A stretch of 64,000 nt of DNA from Lama guanicoe (GCA_013239625.1 MU054575.1:185687-249686); one strand, 5' to 3'; positions 41,501 to 55,068 are shown, numbered from the stretch's first letter. The notes: generated by a model from the sequence alone, not told the origin. Program-made: numbers and translations.

Positions 41501-44500
41501 GACGTGGGCTGCTGGCCAGATGGGCTGGCAGGCCAGGTGTTCGCAGCCAGGAGGCAACCTCCCCCGCCAGGTCTGGCTGGGGCTGTCAGGGAAAGGCAGA
41601 GCCCTCAGGAAGGCTCCTCAGTGCTTCTGGAGTGTGGGGTCTTGGGGGACACCTCCCTGCTGGTGAGGGGTCTCTGAATGACCTGCTGGGGTGCCACGGT
41701 GGCAGGTCAGCCTGAGGGAACCTGCCCCAGCCTTCCTTCCCCTTCCCGAGCCTCACGGGTCCCCCGAGGGCCTTTGCATGGAGGTGGGGCTGGGACAGAG
41801 CGGGAGGTTGGAAGGACCCTGCAGAGCAGGCGTCACTCACCAGCCGAGGAGGAGGAGAGGCCGGGAGAAAGGCGCTGGGGGCCCGCAGCCTGCTCTGCCC
41901 GTGCTCAGCCGGCCCCTGCAGCGGCGGGGGCCGCCTCTCACAGCCGCTAGGGCTCTGTCCCCCCTCTGCCGTCCCTTAGACTGCGGGAGACTCCCGAGAA
42001 GGCAGACTTTGGAGCCCCTGAAAAGTCACACCTCCCAGAATTTGCCCTGGTGACAGGGACATGCGGCGCCCCTGAGTGGGGGAGAGCGGCCGCTCGCCTG
42101 AGGCCTGCGGGGCAGGGATTCCCACCCACCAGCCATGGGGGTTCGGGGACAGACCCACGCGGGACTGCGCTCTCCAGGGACACCCAGCCCCCGGCTTGGC
42201 CAACAAATGGGGTGGGGGGCAGCACCAGCAGGGACGGGCACACCCGCGGGACCTCACGGAGTTGAGGACGGTGTGGCGGGCAGATGCTCGCTTCCGGGCG
42301 GCCCTGGGGCTGCGGCTGCCGCCTCGTGGGAAGACAGGCAAGCCCAGTGCGGGTGTCACTCTGCCACCAGCCTGCAGGCCCAGAGCCCCTGGGCCGGGGC
42401 CCATCAGCCCTGGAGAGGAGCCGGCCTCCGGTCATGCCCAGCCCCGAGGGCAGAGCAGGGCCCCCTGGGCTCTGGGGCCCCCTCCCTCTAGAAGCCTCTG
42501 GAAGCCCAGCTTCCCCTGTCTTGCATTGTCGCGTGGCCCGCAGCCCCTCAGCTGCTTGGAAACCGCACGTGGCCCCTGCCTTGTGGGGGTCACTCGGGAA
42601 GCTCAGCCGTGAAGCAGGGGTCCCCACCAGCTCAGAGGCCTTCTCAGCGTCCTTTCTGTCCCCTCAGGGCCCTCCTGCCACTGCCCAGCCAGGCCCTGAG
42701 TCCTGCTGGACCCGCTCACAGTGCAACAGGCACGCCGCAGCCTAAGCCCCGGACCCGGGGCTCGGGGCTGCGCCCTGGCTGCAGACAGAAATGGAGTGGT
42801 CTCCCAGGGCCTGGCCCGGGCCAGCCCCCACAGTGGGCAGGTGAGGAAAGAGACCCCGGGGCCTGCTTGCTGGCCCAGCCAGGCTCCCCTGCGCCCCCTC
42901 AGCCCCCGCCCCGGGCACCCTGGACCTGAGTCAGAGCCACGTCTCTCTCTGCAGCCAGACCTGGGCGGGTGCGGGTGCCGGTGTGGGCAGGGACACAGGG
43001 ACGGAGAGCGCCTTTCCCAGGAGGGCACACACCTTCCATCGGCCCCGGCTGGGGAATCTCACACCGCTTCCCTGAGGGGTCTCCTCCATCCAGACCATCT
43101 TCACCTTCTCCAAAGTCACAATGAGCTGGAAGGAGGCTTGGTGGGAGGGAGAGTTAACCCCCTCCCCTCCGGGGGAGCACGGAGACCCTGCGAGGGAAGG
43201 GGGCTGGTACATCTCCATCGTGCTCCCCCTGGCCTCGTGCCCACCATGCTGCAGGGGGAGTGTGCGTCCCGCCCCGGGGCAGGGTGGACATCTGTGACCA
43301 GCACCCCGTCCTGCCTCACAGCCGGCCACCAGCTGTCTTCTGAGGCTATGTCTCTGGCCTCCGGCTTCTCAGAAGCTCCTGCCCATTGGGTGCTTCCCAC
43401 AGCTCAGTGAAGCCTGGGGCTCCCGTCCTCTGATCTTTCTCCCCAGTGAACCCTGATGATAATGGGGACCTGGTCTCAGGTCTCTGAACCACCCCCCTGA
43501 TCTGGGGCCCACGAGTGAGCTCTGTCCCGCTCCCCAGCTCATGTGAAATGACCCGCAGGCAGGGTGGCCCTCCCGAGGGTCCCCGTACGGAGGGCGGGTG
43601 TGCTGGGAGGCCGTGGGGAGGTGGGGGCTCCAGGCTGGTGACCCCTGGCCATGCCAGCTCTTATCAGGTCCGCTGCTGAGATCCAGGCCTCCAGCAGGCC
43701 GAGGGGCCCAGGGCCCTGCCACCTGGGAGACGCCTCCTGTGGGTTTCGGCTGAGCGCTTCATGCACTGAGTCCTGCGAACCCCGGGCTCTGCTTCCAGGG
43801 GTGGTGTCGCATCCCCAGACCTTTAGCAAATGTGAGAGCTGAGGGCAGGGTTCGGGGGCTGCGGACAGAGTGAAGATCCTGTCAAAGCCAGACCTGGGCT
43901 CCCTTTGGGACTAAGCGGCCGGTCTGTGGGCCCAGGAGCAGAGGGGCCTCTGTCTGCTGGGAGGAGGGTCCTGGTCTCAGGGAAGAGAAAGGAGGCAGGG
44001 TCTCACCTGGAAAGATCTGCCCCCTTCTCAAGCCTCTGGACAGCCTGGGCAGAGGGACCAGAAGGAAGGGTCTGACTTGGGGGATGGTGGAGAGGGGTCC
44101 AGGGGTCACTCCCGCTGCCCCCCAAAAAAGCCCCACCTCACTGGCCAAAGTGGGTGTCATGATGCCCACTGACCTCACGGGGGCGCAGGAGACAACAGAA
44201 TTTCAGCCGCTCACGGGGAAGGACATACGTGGCCCAAGCCTTGTGGGCTGAACAAGCTTCTGGGGGACCCCCAGCCCTCGCCCCCATCTGAGGAGACCTG
44301 CCCACCCTCCCTAGCTGCTCCCTAAGCCCGGGGCTTCCTGACAAGCGTCTCCCCCCTTCCCCTGCCGCCGCTGGCCTCTGAGCACATCCCTTCCCCTCCC
44401 TCCAGCTCCCTCTCTGTCCACAGGGCCGGGCCTCCAGAGAAGAGTAGGGGCCCCACCCTAGGCTGCGCTGAGGACCACGACCCCAGGGCGCATAGCTCCA

Positions 44501-47500
44501 CCCAGTCTGTGCACTTGGGAGGGGGCTCCAGGGGCGCCCTAGGGTGGAGTTTCGGGGGGCAGGAAGAAGGGGACTGGGCAGTTCTGGGAAAGGCCTGGGA
44601 GGGAAGGAGGGGGTGTGGCCGCTGCTGGGAGCCTGGGAGAGGCAGCAGGGGTGAGGCTGTGTGGGGAGGGCCCCAGAGCTGGTTGGAGGCCCTGGGTGGG
44701 GAGTGGGGTGGCTGAGCCTTGAGGGGCAGGGGGGGCGGGTCAGGCAGGGGGCAGCCCTGGGGAGGGGATTCCAAGGATGTTTAGGAGGTTCGGGGTGGGG
44801 GGCAGGAGTCAGGCAGGGCCCCGGGAGGGGCAGCAGGGCACTGCTGTGCTCAGCAGGGTCAACAGTCCAGGACCTTCAGAGAAGGCAAGGGGAGATGTGC
44901 AGGAGCAGATGGAGGGGAGGATGCCCGGGGGAGGAGGGGTGGAGAGGGAGCCCAGCTGTGGCGGACAGGTGCAGGGAGCAGAGATAGGCCGCCCTTGCCC
45001 TCCAGGTGCCGGGGAGCCATGGAGGGCTGAGCAAGGTCAGTGTGTCCAGAAGCTGGATGTCTCTGCCCCCAGCTCAGCTCTATCAGGGTCGGGTCCCGGG
45101 GCACAATCCCCACGTTCCGGTGGGCTCCCAGAGTCTCCTGGCCTGCCAGGGGCATGGGGGGTGACTCACCCAGCACTCCTGGGCTTGTCAGACTCTGCTG
45201 ACCTTTGCAGACCATTTCCAGGCTCCTAAGCAGAGGTCCCTTCCTCCCAGCACTGGCCGGGCCCTGGCCCTGGGGCCGCATTCCTACGGGGGGCTCCCCA
45301 GAGGCTGCCAAACACACTTCGGATGGGGGGGGCGGCCGGCCCTTCCCGCTTCCTGCCTGGATGCTAGGGTTTGGGGCAGAAAGTTTGGCCAGCGGGCAGG
45401 GGAGTGGTAAACTCAGGGTGGGGGGCAGCTCACCCATCATTCCTGAGGGAGGAGCTGGGCAGAAAGCCCCCTGCATCTGAGGAGGGAGGGGGCCGTTCCC
45501 TCCCGCCAGCACTGGGGAGCCATGGAAGGTTGCTCGGCAAGGGCAAGGACAAGGCCAGAGCAGGGAAGCCAGCCGGAGGGGGACAGACATGGTCCGCCTG
45601 AGGGCCCGAGGCCGGGGCCCCCCAGCCCACCTCCCCCATCTCGACGCGCCACAGGCCGGTCCTGAAGCAGTTGCTGCCCGTCTGTCCCAGCCAAACCCAG
45701 TAAGCTCAGCTGAGTGGAATCTGCCCTGACACCTCCGCCGGCTTTCGCCATGCTCTGTCCGCCTCACTCCACTGCCCGCAAGGGGCACACGGCGGAGGGA
45801 CACGGGGCCGTGGCTCGGCCGGGCCCTGCGCTCAGACCTCGGGATCCGTGGCTGCTCCCCTGGCCCCAGGGCTGCTCCCTGCTCCCCTCACACCTTCCTC
45901 CCTGGCCTCTGTTTCCTCACTTGCTCTCAGCTCCTGGCCAGGTCTTGGCACTGGCTCTGGGGTTGGTGCTGCGTGGGACTGGGGCGCCCCTAGGAGAGCA
46001 CCCCTGTGTGCGAGGGGAGCCTAGAGGGGGCAGGAGAAGGGCCCCCCAGCATGGGCTCTCCAGCCTGTCACTGTCACTCTGTCTGGGAGCAGGTGGCTCA
46101 GGCCCAGCCCACGCGCACAGATCAGGAGAGCCCTGCCAGGTGGCCGTGGGGGCGGGGCCCAGCCCTGGGGCTGGGCAGGTGGGGACCAGGAGGGGCTGGC
46201 GGGTGTAGGTGCGCAGCCCTGGCAGGCCGCCCCGCTGCCGCGAGGCTGGAGCTGCGGGGCCTTTTCCTGGAGAAGCACCAAAAGCGGCCTTATCTCCTCT
46301 GTTTTCTCCAACCTTTGCTTCCCGGCTTGTGCAACGCCCCCTCCCCCGGCCTTCACCTCTGCCTGGGGTGACAGCTCGCAGGTGCCCCTGGCACCTGCCC
46401 ATCGGCCTGCCCGCTGCCTCTGGCAGCTCAAGGGGGCACTCTGAGCCCCAGGGGCTGCGGGCCACCTGCCCCACCGTCCGTCAACCAGCCGCCTCCCAGC
46501 CCCAGGCTGGCAGCAGGGCCTGCGGGGGCTCCTGCGCAGGCTTGGCTGCGGGCCGCCGCTGGGCAGGTGGGGGCACGTTTGTGGGTCGGGCATGGAGGTG
46601 CCCCCCAGGGCCAGAGCCAGGTGGAGGCGCACAAGTCTGGGTGTGTTTGGGGTGGTTTTAGGAGGGGCTGGTAAGGGTCCTGAGTCTTCTCAAATCTTCA
46701 TCCTCGAAGACAGGACTTGGCTTGTGAAAACCGCCCAGAGGCTCTGAGAGCCAGATATGGAGAGGGCGGGGTGGGGGGAGCCGGTGAGGTGGGGAGAGAG
46801 GCTCAGGGATGGGGAGGCCCAGGTAGTGTAGACGCCCAGATAGGGAGGGAGGCCCAGATGGAGGCCTGGGTGGGGAGCGCGGCCCAGGTGGGGTAGAGGC
46901 CCGGTCAGGGAGGCTGGAGATAGGACGCGCCAAGGGCCCGGCCGTGTCTGCCATCCGGGGGGCCTGTGAGGCACGGACGGTTCCCGATGCGTGCTGGCAG
47001 ATACAGGGTCCCAGCCGCCCTGTCTCTCGGGCACCCCAGCTCCTGTCCCTGGGTGGACAGGCAGCTGGGCTCGCCGCCACTTTAAGGGGGTCCTTGCTCC
47101 CCGCATGGCCTGCCTCCCAGGGGCTGCTCCCCTCTTTCCATCGTGAGCCTGACCCTGCTGTCCTGGCCCAGAGGCTGGGGACCCCCTGAGAGGTGGGAGA
47201 GCCAGAGAGGAGCCCTCCTGGGAACCTGCTCCCGGTTGCCGCTGCCAAACCATTCTTTTTCATCACCCTACGACCTCTGAGCCTCGAGTCTCACGTCACC
47301 ACCAGGCTACAGACTCCGCCTTCCTTGTCACTGTCCCCCCAACCTCAGGTTGCCCCACATTTCCAGGAGCTTACACTTACCCGCCTCTGCCCTTCCAACC
47401 GTCTTCCTACCGTGATTCTTAGGGATTCTCATACCTCCACCCCTGGTCTTCTCAGAACCCTGAGCCCCGAGTGCCAGTGTGTGTCCTCCGCTCCTGGCCC

Positions 47501-47689
47501 CAAGTCCCTCGGGAGCTCCTGCGCTGACCACCGGTGCCTCTGGCTCCTGACTCCAACACTCCCGCCCCCGGGCTCAGGTCCTGCCCGCCTGCCCCCTCAT
47601 GTCTGTCCTTACGTGGGGCAAACTCCAGGTCCAGCAGCATGGTCACCCCTGCACACATCCTCAACACCCTGCACTTCCTGGCCTCGTGG

Positions 47690-47922
47690 TACTGACCACG
47701 GCCGGTTAAACACCCCTGGACCTGGGAGATCTCTTTTTCTGGGTACATTTTGACCCCCTTCAGCCACTTTGACCACATCTCTTCTCCATCCCTGACAAAT
47801 GACAATCTTCTCTGTGTCTGAGTTGAGTGTTTTCAATTCCACAAATGAGTGAGGGCATCACCCAGTATCTGTCCCCCTCTGTCTGCCTTATGTCACTGAG
47901 CTTCGTGCCCACCAGGTCCGTC
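47690..47922 (-). mobile_element. L1 (L1MA-like) 3' UTR fragment
   Basis: ttccacaaatgagtgagggcatca.ccagtatctgtc...tctgtctgccttatgtcactgagc. Confidence 0.7.
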
Positions 47923-48004
47923 TGCGGGCAGGCTCACTCTAACGCGGAGTCACCACGGCTAGGGAGGCGTTGTCAGCTCCCTCTGCTGTGTCACCCGGGA
48001 GGCG

Positions 48005-48350
48005 CACTCCACTCCCCATTCTCGGTACCCGACTCTCTGTTATTAATGCTCCATACTCCGTTCTCAACGCTCCACGCTCCATCACTAGTCCTCACACTCC
48101 GTACTCCATTTGAGACTCTGTTCTCAGTACCCCAGCTCCATCCTGGGTGCTCTGGACTCCGTTCTCCATTACCACCTTCATTCTCCACACTCTGTACTCC
48201 ATTCAATACTCCACGCTTCGTTATTAGTCCTCCATACTCTGGTATTCCGTTCTCGGTACTCAGCACTATGCTATTAACACTTCATACCCATTCTGCATGC
48301 TCCACACTCCATTGTTAATGCTCTGCACTCTGTTCTCCATTTTCACCCTC
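48005..48350. repeat. Degenerate ~7-mer low-complexity tandem tract (ctccata/ctccaca/ctctgtt)
   Basis: Recurring ctcc(a)-based units, strongly C/T-skewed. Confidence 0.75.
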
Positions 48351-48544
48351 CTCTGGGTCCACTCGCACCCCCTCTCCCAGAGGCTCTTCCATTCCTCCCC
48401 CTTCCTCTCTGACCCCAGTGGCCCTGCAGCCTCCCGTCTGACCATGGTCTGGAGGTCGCTGTCACTGCTGCTCGCCCCCAGCTCACCCCCGCCCTCCCCC
48501 CACTGCCGGGCGTGAATGCTCCGCACTCTGTCGTGGCCTCTCAC

Positions 48545-48790
48545 CTGCAGCAGGTGCCCCCAGGATGGGATCTGTGGCGTTGTGCAAAGGACCCAGAGAG
48601 CTCCCTGCCCGCCCCCCCCCATGTGAGGATGCAGTGAGAAGGAGCTTTCCACGAACCACAGAAAGGACACCCTGTCCAGTCACTAAACACGCCGGCATCT
48701 TGGTCTCGGACCTCCAGCCTCCAGTGCTGTGAGGCGTGTGTGTCTCTCTCATCGAAGCTGCCCCGCCTGTGATATTCCCAGACTGAGACC
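48545..48790 (+). mobile_element. MaLR LTR fragment (MLT1A/MST-like)
   Basis: atgtgaggatgcagtgagaagg...catcttggtctcggacctccagcctccag..ctgtgag. Confidence 0.7.
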
Positions 48791-49709
48791 ACCACTCACT
48801 CCAACCTCCCCTCATCCCTCCCCTCGGCGGCCTGAGCCCCAGGACATGCCCTTCGGAGGCTGGGGCCACCGACCCTGTCCGTTCACGGTTACCCTTGGGC
48901 CGGAAGCACCGAGGGGCACTTGAGCGCTCACCTGAGCTCTGCACACATCCCCCCAGGGCTGCACTGTGACAGCGGCCCTCCCACGTCACGGCCCGAGCGT
49001 GCCTCCTTCCAGGGTCAGGACACCGGAGCCCAGGGCGGGGCCGGAGCGCCAGCCCCAGACGGGCTCTGAGAGTGTAGGCGAGTGGCCCACCGGACAGCCC
49101 CTGCTTCCACCCCTCAGTTCCAGGAACTACGCATTTTCCCGCTGGGGACACAGCGCCGCACCGAAGGTCTTTGATGTGTGCCAAGGATCCCCTCCAGGAG
49201 GCTGCTCCGGTTGGGCCGTCCACAGGCGAGTCCGGCCCCTCTGAGGGCGGTGTAGGGGCTGTCCCAGGGCCCTTCTCCCACACCAGCTGCCCTTCCACGC
49301 CGCCTGGGACGCAGCCAGGCCCAACCTGGGCGTGGGCTGTGCTGTCTCTGGAGAGCAAAGGGCCTTTCTTCATCGCAGGGAAAGTGAGATGCCCCAGCAT
49401 TTATTCTGAAGGTGTCCAATCATGCCCCTGCCCAGGGACCTCTAAAACCCGCTCCAGAGTCCGACCCCGAGCATCCACAGGGCTTGCCGCGCGCCCTCCG
49501 GAGCGCACACCTGGACACAGACTTGAACTCCCTGGCCGCCCCCTGCTCATCCTTCCTACCTGGAGGTTGGTGACGACTCATTATGATCATTAACAGTCGG
49601 CGAACGATCAACTGTTAAGATCATTGGAGCTCAGCTGGTGATCAGCCATTTCAACAGGCAGTACCACGCGGCTGTCCTGGCATCCAGACCCCTTCTGACT
49701 GCCTTTGTT

Positions 49710-50510
49710 CTTAATTCTGCTAAAAAATATGTAATGTAAAACTGACCATCCATCCACTTGCAAGGGTACAGCTCTGCGGCATTAAGCACTTCCACACGTT
49801 GGGCAACCCCCGCTGCCATCCGTCCCCACAGCTTCATCCTCCCAAGCTGGCACTGTCCCCGTCAAACTCGAACTCCCCACCCCTCCCCCAGCTCCTGGCC
49901 CCCGGCCTGCCTTCTGTCTCCGTGGATTTGACAACTGGAGGACCCCCTGTGAGTGGACTCGGACAGTGTCTGTCCTTCTGTGTCTGGCTTACTTCACTGA
50001 GCGCCACGTCCCCAAGATCCATCCACGCTGTAGCCGTGTCAGGACTTCCCTCCTTCCTAAGGCTGAGTAACATTCCCCTGTGCGATGGGCCACACTCGTC
50101 TATCCGTTCATCCGTCAGCACACCCTGGGTTATTCTACCTTCGGACGCCTGGGAACGGCGCTGCTTTGAACACAGGTGTGGAAGCATCTGCTCGAGGCCC
50201 TGCCTCTCGTTCTCCTGGGTTTATACCCCGAGGGGGGACTGCTGGATCGTAGGGCAATTCTGTGTTTAAGTATCTCGGAGAAGATCATACCGTTCTCCGT
50301 AGTCACGGAGCCGTAATCCATTCACGTCAACGGTGCTAGGGAGCCCCGTTTCTCCACACCCTTGCCATCTCTTGCTTTCTGCTTTTTTTTTTCCTTTGCT
50401 ATTGAGTTGTGTGAGTTCTTTTTATACTTTGAATATTAGCTCCTTACCAGACAGATAACTTTCAAATATTTAAATATTTTCTCCCATCCCACAGGTCACT
50501 TCCTCCCTTT
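49710..50510 (-). mobile_element. L1MB-like 3' region, GC-shifted
   Basis: gtctgtccttctgtgtctggcttacttcactgagc...tccatccacgctgtagc...ttcctaaggctgagtaacattcc...gctattgagttgtgtgagttc. Confidence 0.8.
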
Positions 50511-51593
50511 GACTGGCTTTTAACAGATGCCGGAAGATGTCCCAGAAGCGCCAGGGCAAACCTGTAGCTCACGTTGTTGTCCACTCCACGGGCCGAGAGC
50601 TGCATCAGGCTTCTGCTCTGACCAGTCCTGAGGTGAACACACCCACCAAATCAACAGTCACGGCCCACACAACAGCCTTTAACGAAGTGCCAGGCCTGAC
50701 ACGTGGGCTGTGACCGGGGACCCCGTGGGCTGGAGCCTGGAGTGATACCTGACAGCCATTCTCCAAGACCTGCTCAGTTCCCGCAGGGCCAGCCTGGGGT
50801 TACGATGGAAGCGCAGTTGGTGTCACCATACATCCTCAGCAGCAGCATGAATCTGCCCCCCACCTCCACCAGGGTGCCAGATGCTTCCGATTCACCATCT
50901 TGACCAAGGGTGATTTGGGGGCTACACTGGACCTGGGGCCATGGAGCATGATGGAGCTGTCTGGGCGTCCAGTCCTTCTGACCACCTTTTGTTCTTTGTT
51001 CTGGTGATATACACATAATGTAAATTTTGTGTACACGTCATGGTAGGGGAAGGGCCCCGGGGCACCCCCCCAGAGAGGACTCCCTTGTTGGGATTGCTGA
51101 CTGCCAAGTATCTCCGTGCCAATTATATATTCAGAGACAATAAAAGTGGCCACCAGGCGGGTCCTTGAAGCCAGTGCACCCAGTGTGAGCTGGACATTGA
51201 CCTGGGCCGCATTTGTTTCTTGACCCTGTAGGCCTCCTCTCTAGCAGAGACCCCAAGATAACTTCCGGTTTGGGGTAACAGTGCCTTGTATCCAACAGCC
51301 CCACAAAATTTGGGGTCCCCTGTTCCTGCACACGCAGCCACTTGAATGAATGGCCATGGTCACTTTTGGGGAACAACCGAGAGTCCCTGACAGTTGTCCT
51401 TGCTGGGACATGCAGGACCCTCCCCTCTCCATGCAGAGGTTCTGGGGCAGAAAACAAACCCAAATCTAGCCCCAGAGCGAGGGCCAGGCTTCCCGGGGGG
51501 CAGCGCCCTTCAGCCTCTTTCCGTCTGTTTCTGTGTCTTTAAAGAACAGCTGTATTGAGAGACAGGTGACCTGCATGTATTTAAAGGGCACAG

Positions 51594-51655
51594 AGTCTGT
51601 GCACCAGAAGCTAACACAGCGTTGGACGACGACTGTATTCCAATTGGAAAATAAG
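51594..51655 (+). mobile_element. Severely 5'-truncated L1 3' tail with target-site duplication
   Basis: ctgtgcaccagaagctaacacagcgttg...actgtattccaat, flanked by taaagggcacag (51582-51593) and taaagtgcacag (51656-51667). Confidence 0.6.
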
Positions 51656-52159
51656 TAAAGTGCACAGCTTGAGAGGTTCTGACATGTGTCAGCCTCACAG
51701 GGGTGTATGTTGCCTGAACCGCGGCCACAGCCGGGCGGTGGGCGCACGCGCCGCTCCCACGTGTCCTCAGGCCCCTGCTGACCCCTCACTGCTGCAGTTT
51801 CTGGAGTTTCCTGCCTGTGGACACATGCAGTGGGTGCCTTTTCCCCTTGGGCTTCTTTCCATCAGCACTACATTTCGAGGTCTCTCCGTACTGCGGTGGG
51901 CGCCGCTAATTCCTTCCTTTCCATTGCCGAGTGGATGCAATTACCTGGTTCACCCCGTCCCTCTTTATCTGTTTGTCTTCTGTAGACGTACTTCGAGATT
52001 GCTTCCAGTTTGGAGTTCAAGGTACCAGTTTGGAATTAATAAGGCTACGATGAATATCCACCTGTAAATCTTTATGGGGACAGATTTCTTTTCTCTGGGG
52101 AAATGCCGAGGTGTGGAACGGCTGGGTCATATGGCTGGTATGTGTTTGGGTTTTAAGGA

Positions 52160-52324
52160 AAAACAGATTTCTTCTGTATAGCACAGGGAACTACATTCAA
52201 TAACTTGTAGTAACCAACAATGAAAAAGAATATATGTATGTACATGCATGCTTGAAACAGAATGCTTTACACCAGAAATTGACACATAGCTGACACATAG
52301 TAACTGACTACTTTGATTAAAAAA
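52160..52324 (+). mobile_element. Younger artiodactyl/camelid-type L1 3' end
   Basis: ctgtatagcacagggaactacattcaataacttgtagtaacc...aatgaaaaagaata...accagaaattgacaca...actgacta, followed by an A tail. Confidence 0.75.
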
Positions 52325-52690
52325 GAGCAAAACTCGTGCTGTGTTCCGACGTGGTTGTACCATTTGCACCGCCCCCCCAGCTCCTGTCCCCGGCGGTGTG
52401 TGAGCCCTCTGGTCCTTCCACACCCTCACCTGCAGTTGTGGACCGTCTCCCTCATCTTAGCTCTTCTGGTCCCCTGATGACTAATTACATGATGCATCTT
52501 TGCACATACTTACTTGCCGCCTGTGTATCTTCTTTGGTAAAGTTGCTGTTCAAATCTTTTGACTTCTTTTTAAGTTGAATTGTTCCTTTTCTTATTGTTG
52601 AGTTTGGAGAGTTCTTTATGTTTTCTGGATGCAAGTTCTTTATCAGACATGTGGTTTGCAAACATCTTCTTCCAGTCTATGACCTGATTT

Positions 52691-53890
52691 TTCTCTCTTT
52701 TTCTTTTTAATTAAGGCATAGTTGACATATAACATTATATTAGTTTCAGGTATACAACTTAATGATTTGATATTTGCATATATTACAAAACGATCACCAC
52801 AGTAAGTTGGTTAACATCCATCACTACACAGAGTTACGCATGTTTTCCTTAAGGTGGGAGCTTTCAGATCTACTCTGCTAACAACTTGCAAATGTGCGAT
52901 ACCGTCCTGTTAAGTACAGTCACCGTGCTGCACTTCTCATCCCCATGACTTCATTATTTTGTGACTGGAAGTTTGTGCTCCCTCCATCCATTTCTCCCCC
53001 CTCAGCCCCTGCCTCTGGCGACCACCCATCTGTTCTCCCTTGTGTCTGTGAGTTCTGCTTTGGCTTTTGTTGTTGTTTTAAGCTTTCACCTGTACATGAT
53101 CATACACATTGTCTCTCTTCCTCTGTCTGAATCGTTTCGTTAAACACAACGCCTTCAAGGCCCATCCGTGTTGCTGCAAACGGCAGGATTTGCTTCCTTT
53201 TATGGCGAATAGGACTCCTCACACGAGGGTACACACGCATGCGCTCGCCACACCTGCTTTCTCCGCTCCTCTGTTGGTGGGCACTTAGGCTGACCGCAGC
53301 AAGGCATGCTGCTGTGAACACGGGGGTGCGGACATCTTTTCCAGTTAGTGTTCTTGTTTTCTCGGGCTACATCCCCAGGAGTGGAATGGCTGAATTATTT
53401 GGTAGTTCTGTTTTTAATTTTTTGATGGACTCCCCACACTGTTTTCCACAGTGGCTGCGCCAATTTACATTCCCACCCGCAGGGCCCCCTTTCCTCCACG
53501 TCCTCACCAGCACTTGTAACTTGTTGTCTTTCTGACGACAGCCGTTCTGACAGGTGTGAGGTGGTGTCTCATCGTGGTCTGGGTCTGCACTTCCCTGGTG
53601 AGCAGTCATGGTGAGCGTCTGTCCACGTGCCTGTTGGCATCTGTGCATCCTCTCTGGAGAAGTGTCTAGTCAGGTCCTCTGCTTATTTTTTATTCACATT
53701 GTTTGGGTATTTTGTGGGGGTTTTTGGTTTTGTGTTTGGGTTTTTTTGGCTAATTTTGTATGCATTCTTTATGTATTTTGGATATTAACCCCTTATCAGA
53801 TATATGATTTGCAAATAACTTCTCCCATTCCATAGGTTGCCTCTTCACTGACAAGCCTCTTTGGCTGTAAAGAAGTTTTTAGTTTGCTAT
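52691..53890 (-). mobile_element. L1MA-like 3' region (~1.2 kb)
   Basis: atagttgacatataacattatattagtttcaggtatacaac...ccccaggagtggaatggctg...ttttggatattaaccccttatcagata. Confidence 0.85.
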
Positions 53891-54877
53891 TGGTGGGCTG
53901 GAAGTAATCCCCCCAGGGTTCTGCAAGCATCCTGGTGGCAGATCCCAGAATGGATGGGCGCTGGGCGGTGGCAGAGATGGGGGAAGCTGCCAGGGGCTGC
54001 ACGGTGGTCCAGGTGAGAGACACGGGGCTGGACAGAGCCTTGGAGAGGGCAAGACAACACAGTCAGGAGTCCACAGCGGGCCCTGCAGGGAGTGGTGCGT
54101 CTGGTGGTGTGAGGAGGGGCAAGATTGCAGGGTGGCCCACTGGCAGGTGGGGCAGGGGCCTCCAGCGAAGAGGAGACACATGTGACAGTTCACTGGGAGG
54201 GGGCCTCGGTCAATCCGAGTCTGATCAAAGACCCCACACTCAGTGTGGCCTGGTGTGCCAGCGACAAGCATGTGCAGTTGGCGGAGGGCTGGCCTGACGG
54301 TGGAGCCATGGCCCCTCCTTCCCCAGGTAATACATGCTTCCAGACCCTGCTCCTCGTGGCCGTATCTGTCCCTTTGATCCGCTTCATCTGTCCTGAGCCT
54401 GTCTCCTCCTTCCTGTGTCTGCTGCCCTGGGGTGCCCTCAGAGGTTGCCCCATTCCTCCTGTGCTCCCAAACAGGGCATGGCTACAGGGCTGGGGCGGGG
54501 GCTGGCTTTTACCAGCCCTTTGCCCAGGGGGAGCTGGGCCACTTGGAGGGGTATGTGGGGAGGGGAGGCAGAGACGGGGTGGGGCCAGCTGGGAGTTTTG
54601 TCACTCACAGCTGGGGACACAGGACAGGTCAGTGAGGCCCCAAGCAGAGCACGGAGCTGGTGAGCACCACCCCACTCTGTCCTGTGGTGTCACTGGGGGC
54701 CGGGCTGCCATCATGGGATGGCAGGGATGCCCCGCCCGAAGCCCCAGAGCTCTGTGGGGACAGCCCAGGCGCTGTGAGAGGGGCGGGGTCCCCAGGCTCT
54801 GCTCCTGGGGCGGTAGCTCCTTGCAGGTGGGGTCTGCACCTAGATCACTGTCTGGTACCCATGGAGGCCATGTACAC

Positions 54878-55068
54878 GGTGAGTGAGTAGGCGAGTGTGT
54901 GAGTGAGTATGAGTGAACGAATGGATGGGTGAGTGAATGGGGGAGTGAATGAACAGATGAGTTCACGGCTCGGCTCCGAGCTCTCACTATCCCTTTGGAC
55001 TCTCCTTCCTAAAGGCGGCCTTTGGGCTCAGCAGACGCGGGCCTCCCTGGCCTGAATGAATGGATGGA
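54878..55068 (+). repeat. (GAGT/GAAT)n tract (L2-tail-like) interrupted by a 92-bp insert (54963-55054) that is also present at 55671-55762
   Basis: Seen directly; 3 mismatches between the 92-bp copies. Confidence 0.85.

Larger units (their letters stand above)
51538..52690 (-). mobile_element. Older L1 (L1MB/L1MC-like) fragment interrupted by two younger L1 3' tails
   Basis: gcttccagtttgg...ataaggct.cgatgaatatc...gctgggtcatatgg...ttattgttgagtttggagagttcttta. Confidence 0.7.

Noticed and set aside
44680-44830. G-run cluster with G-quadruplex potential
   Set aside because: Common throughout this GC-rich window and not distinctive.
50700-51280. Possible solo LTR (AATAAA at ~51138, ends ...ggggtaaca)
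   Set aside because: I could not assign a family or boundaries with confidence.
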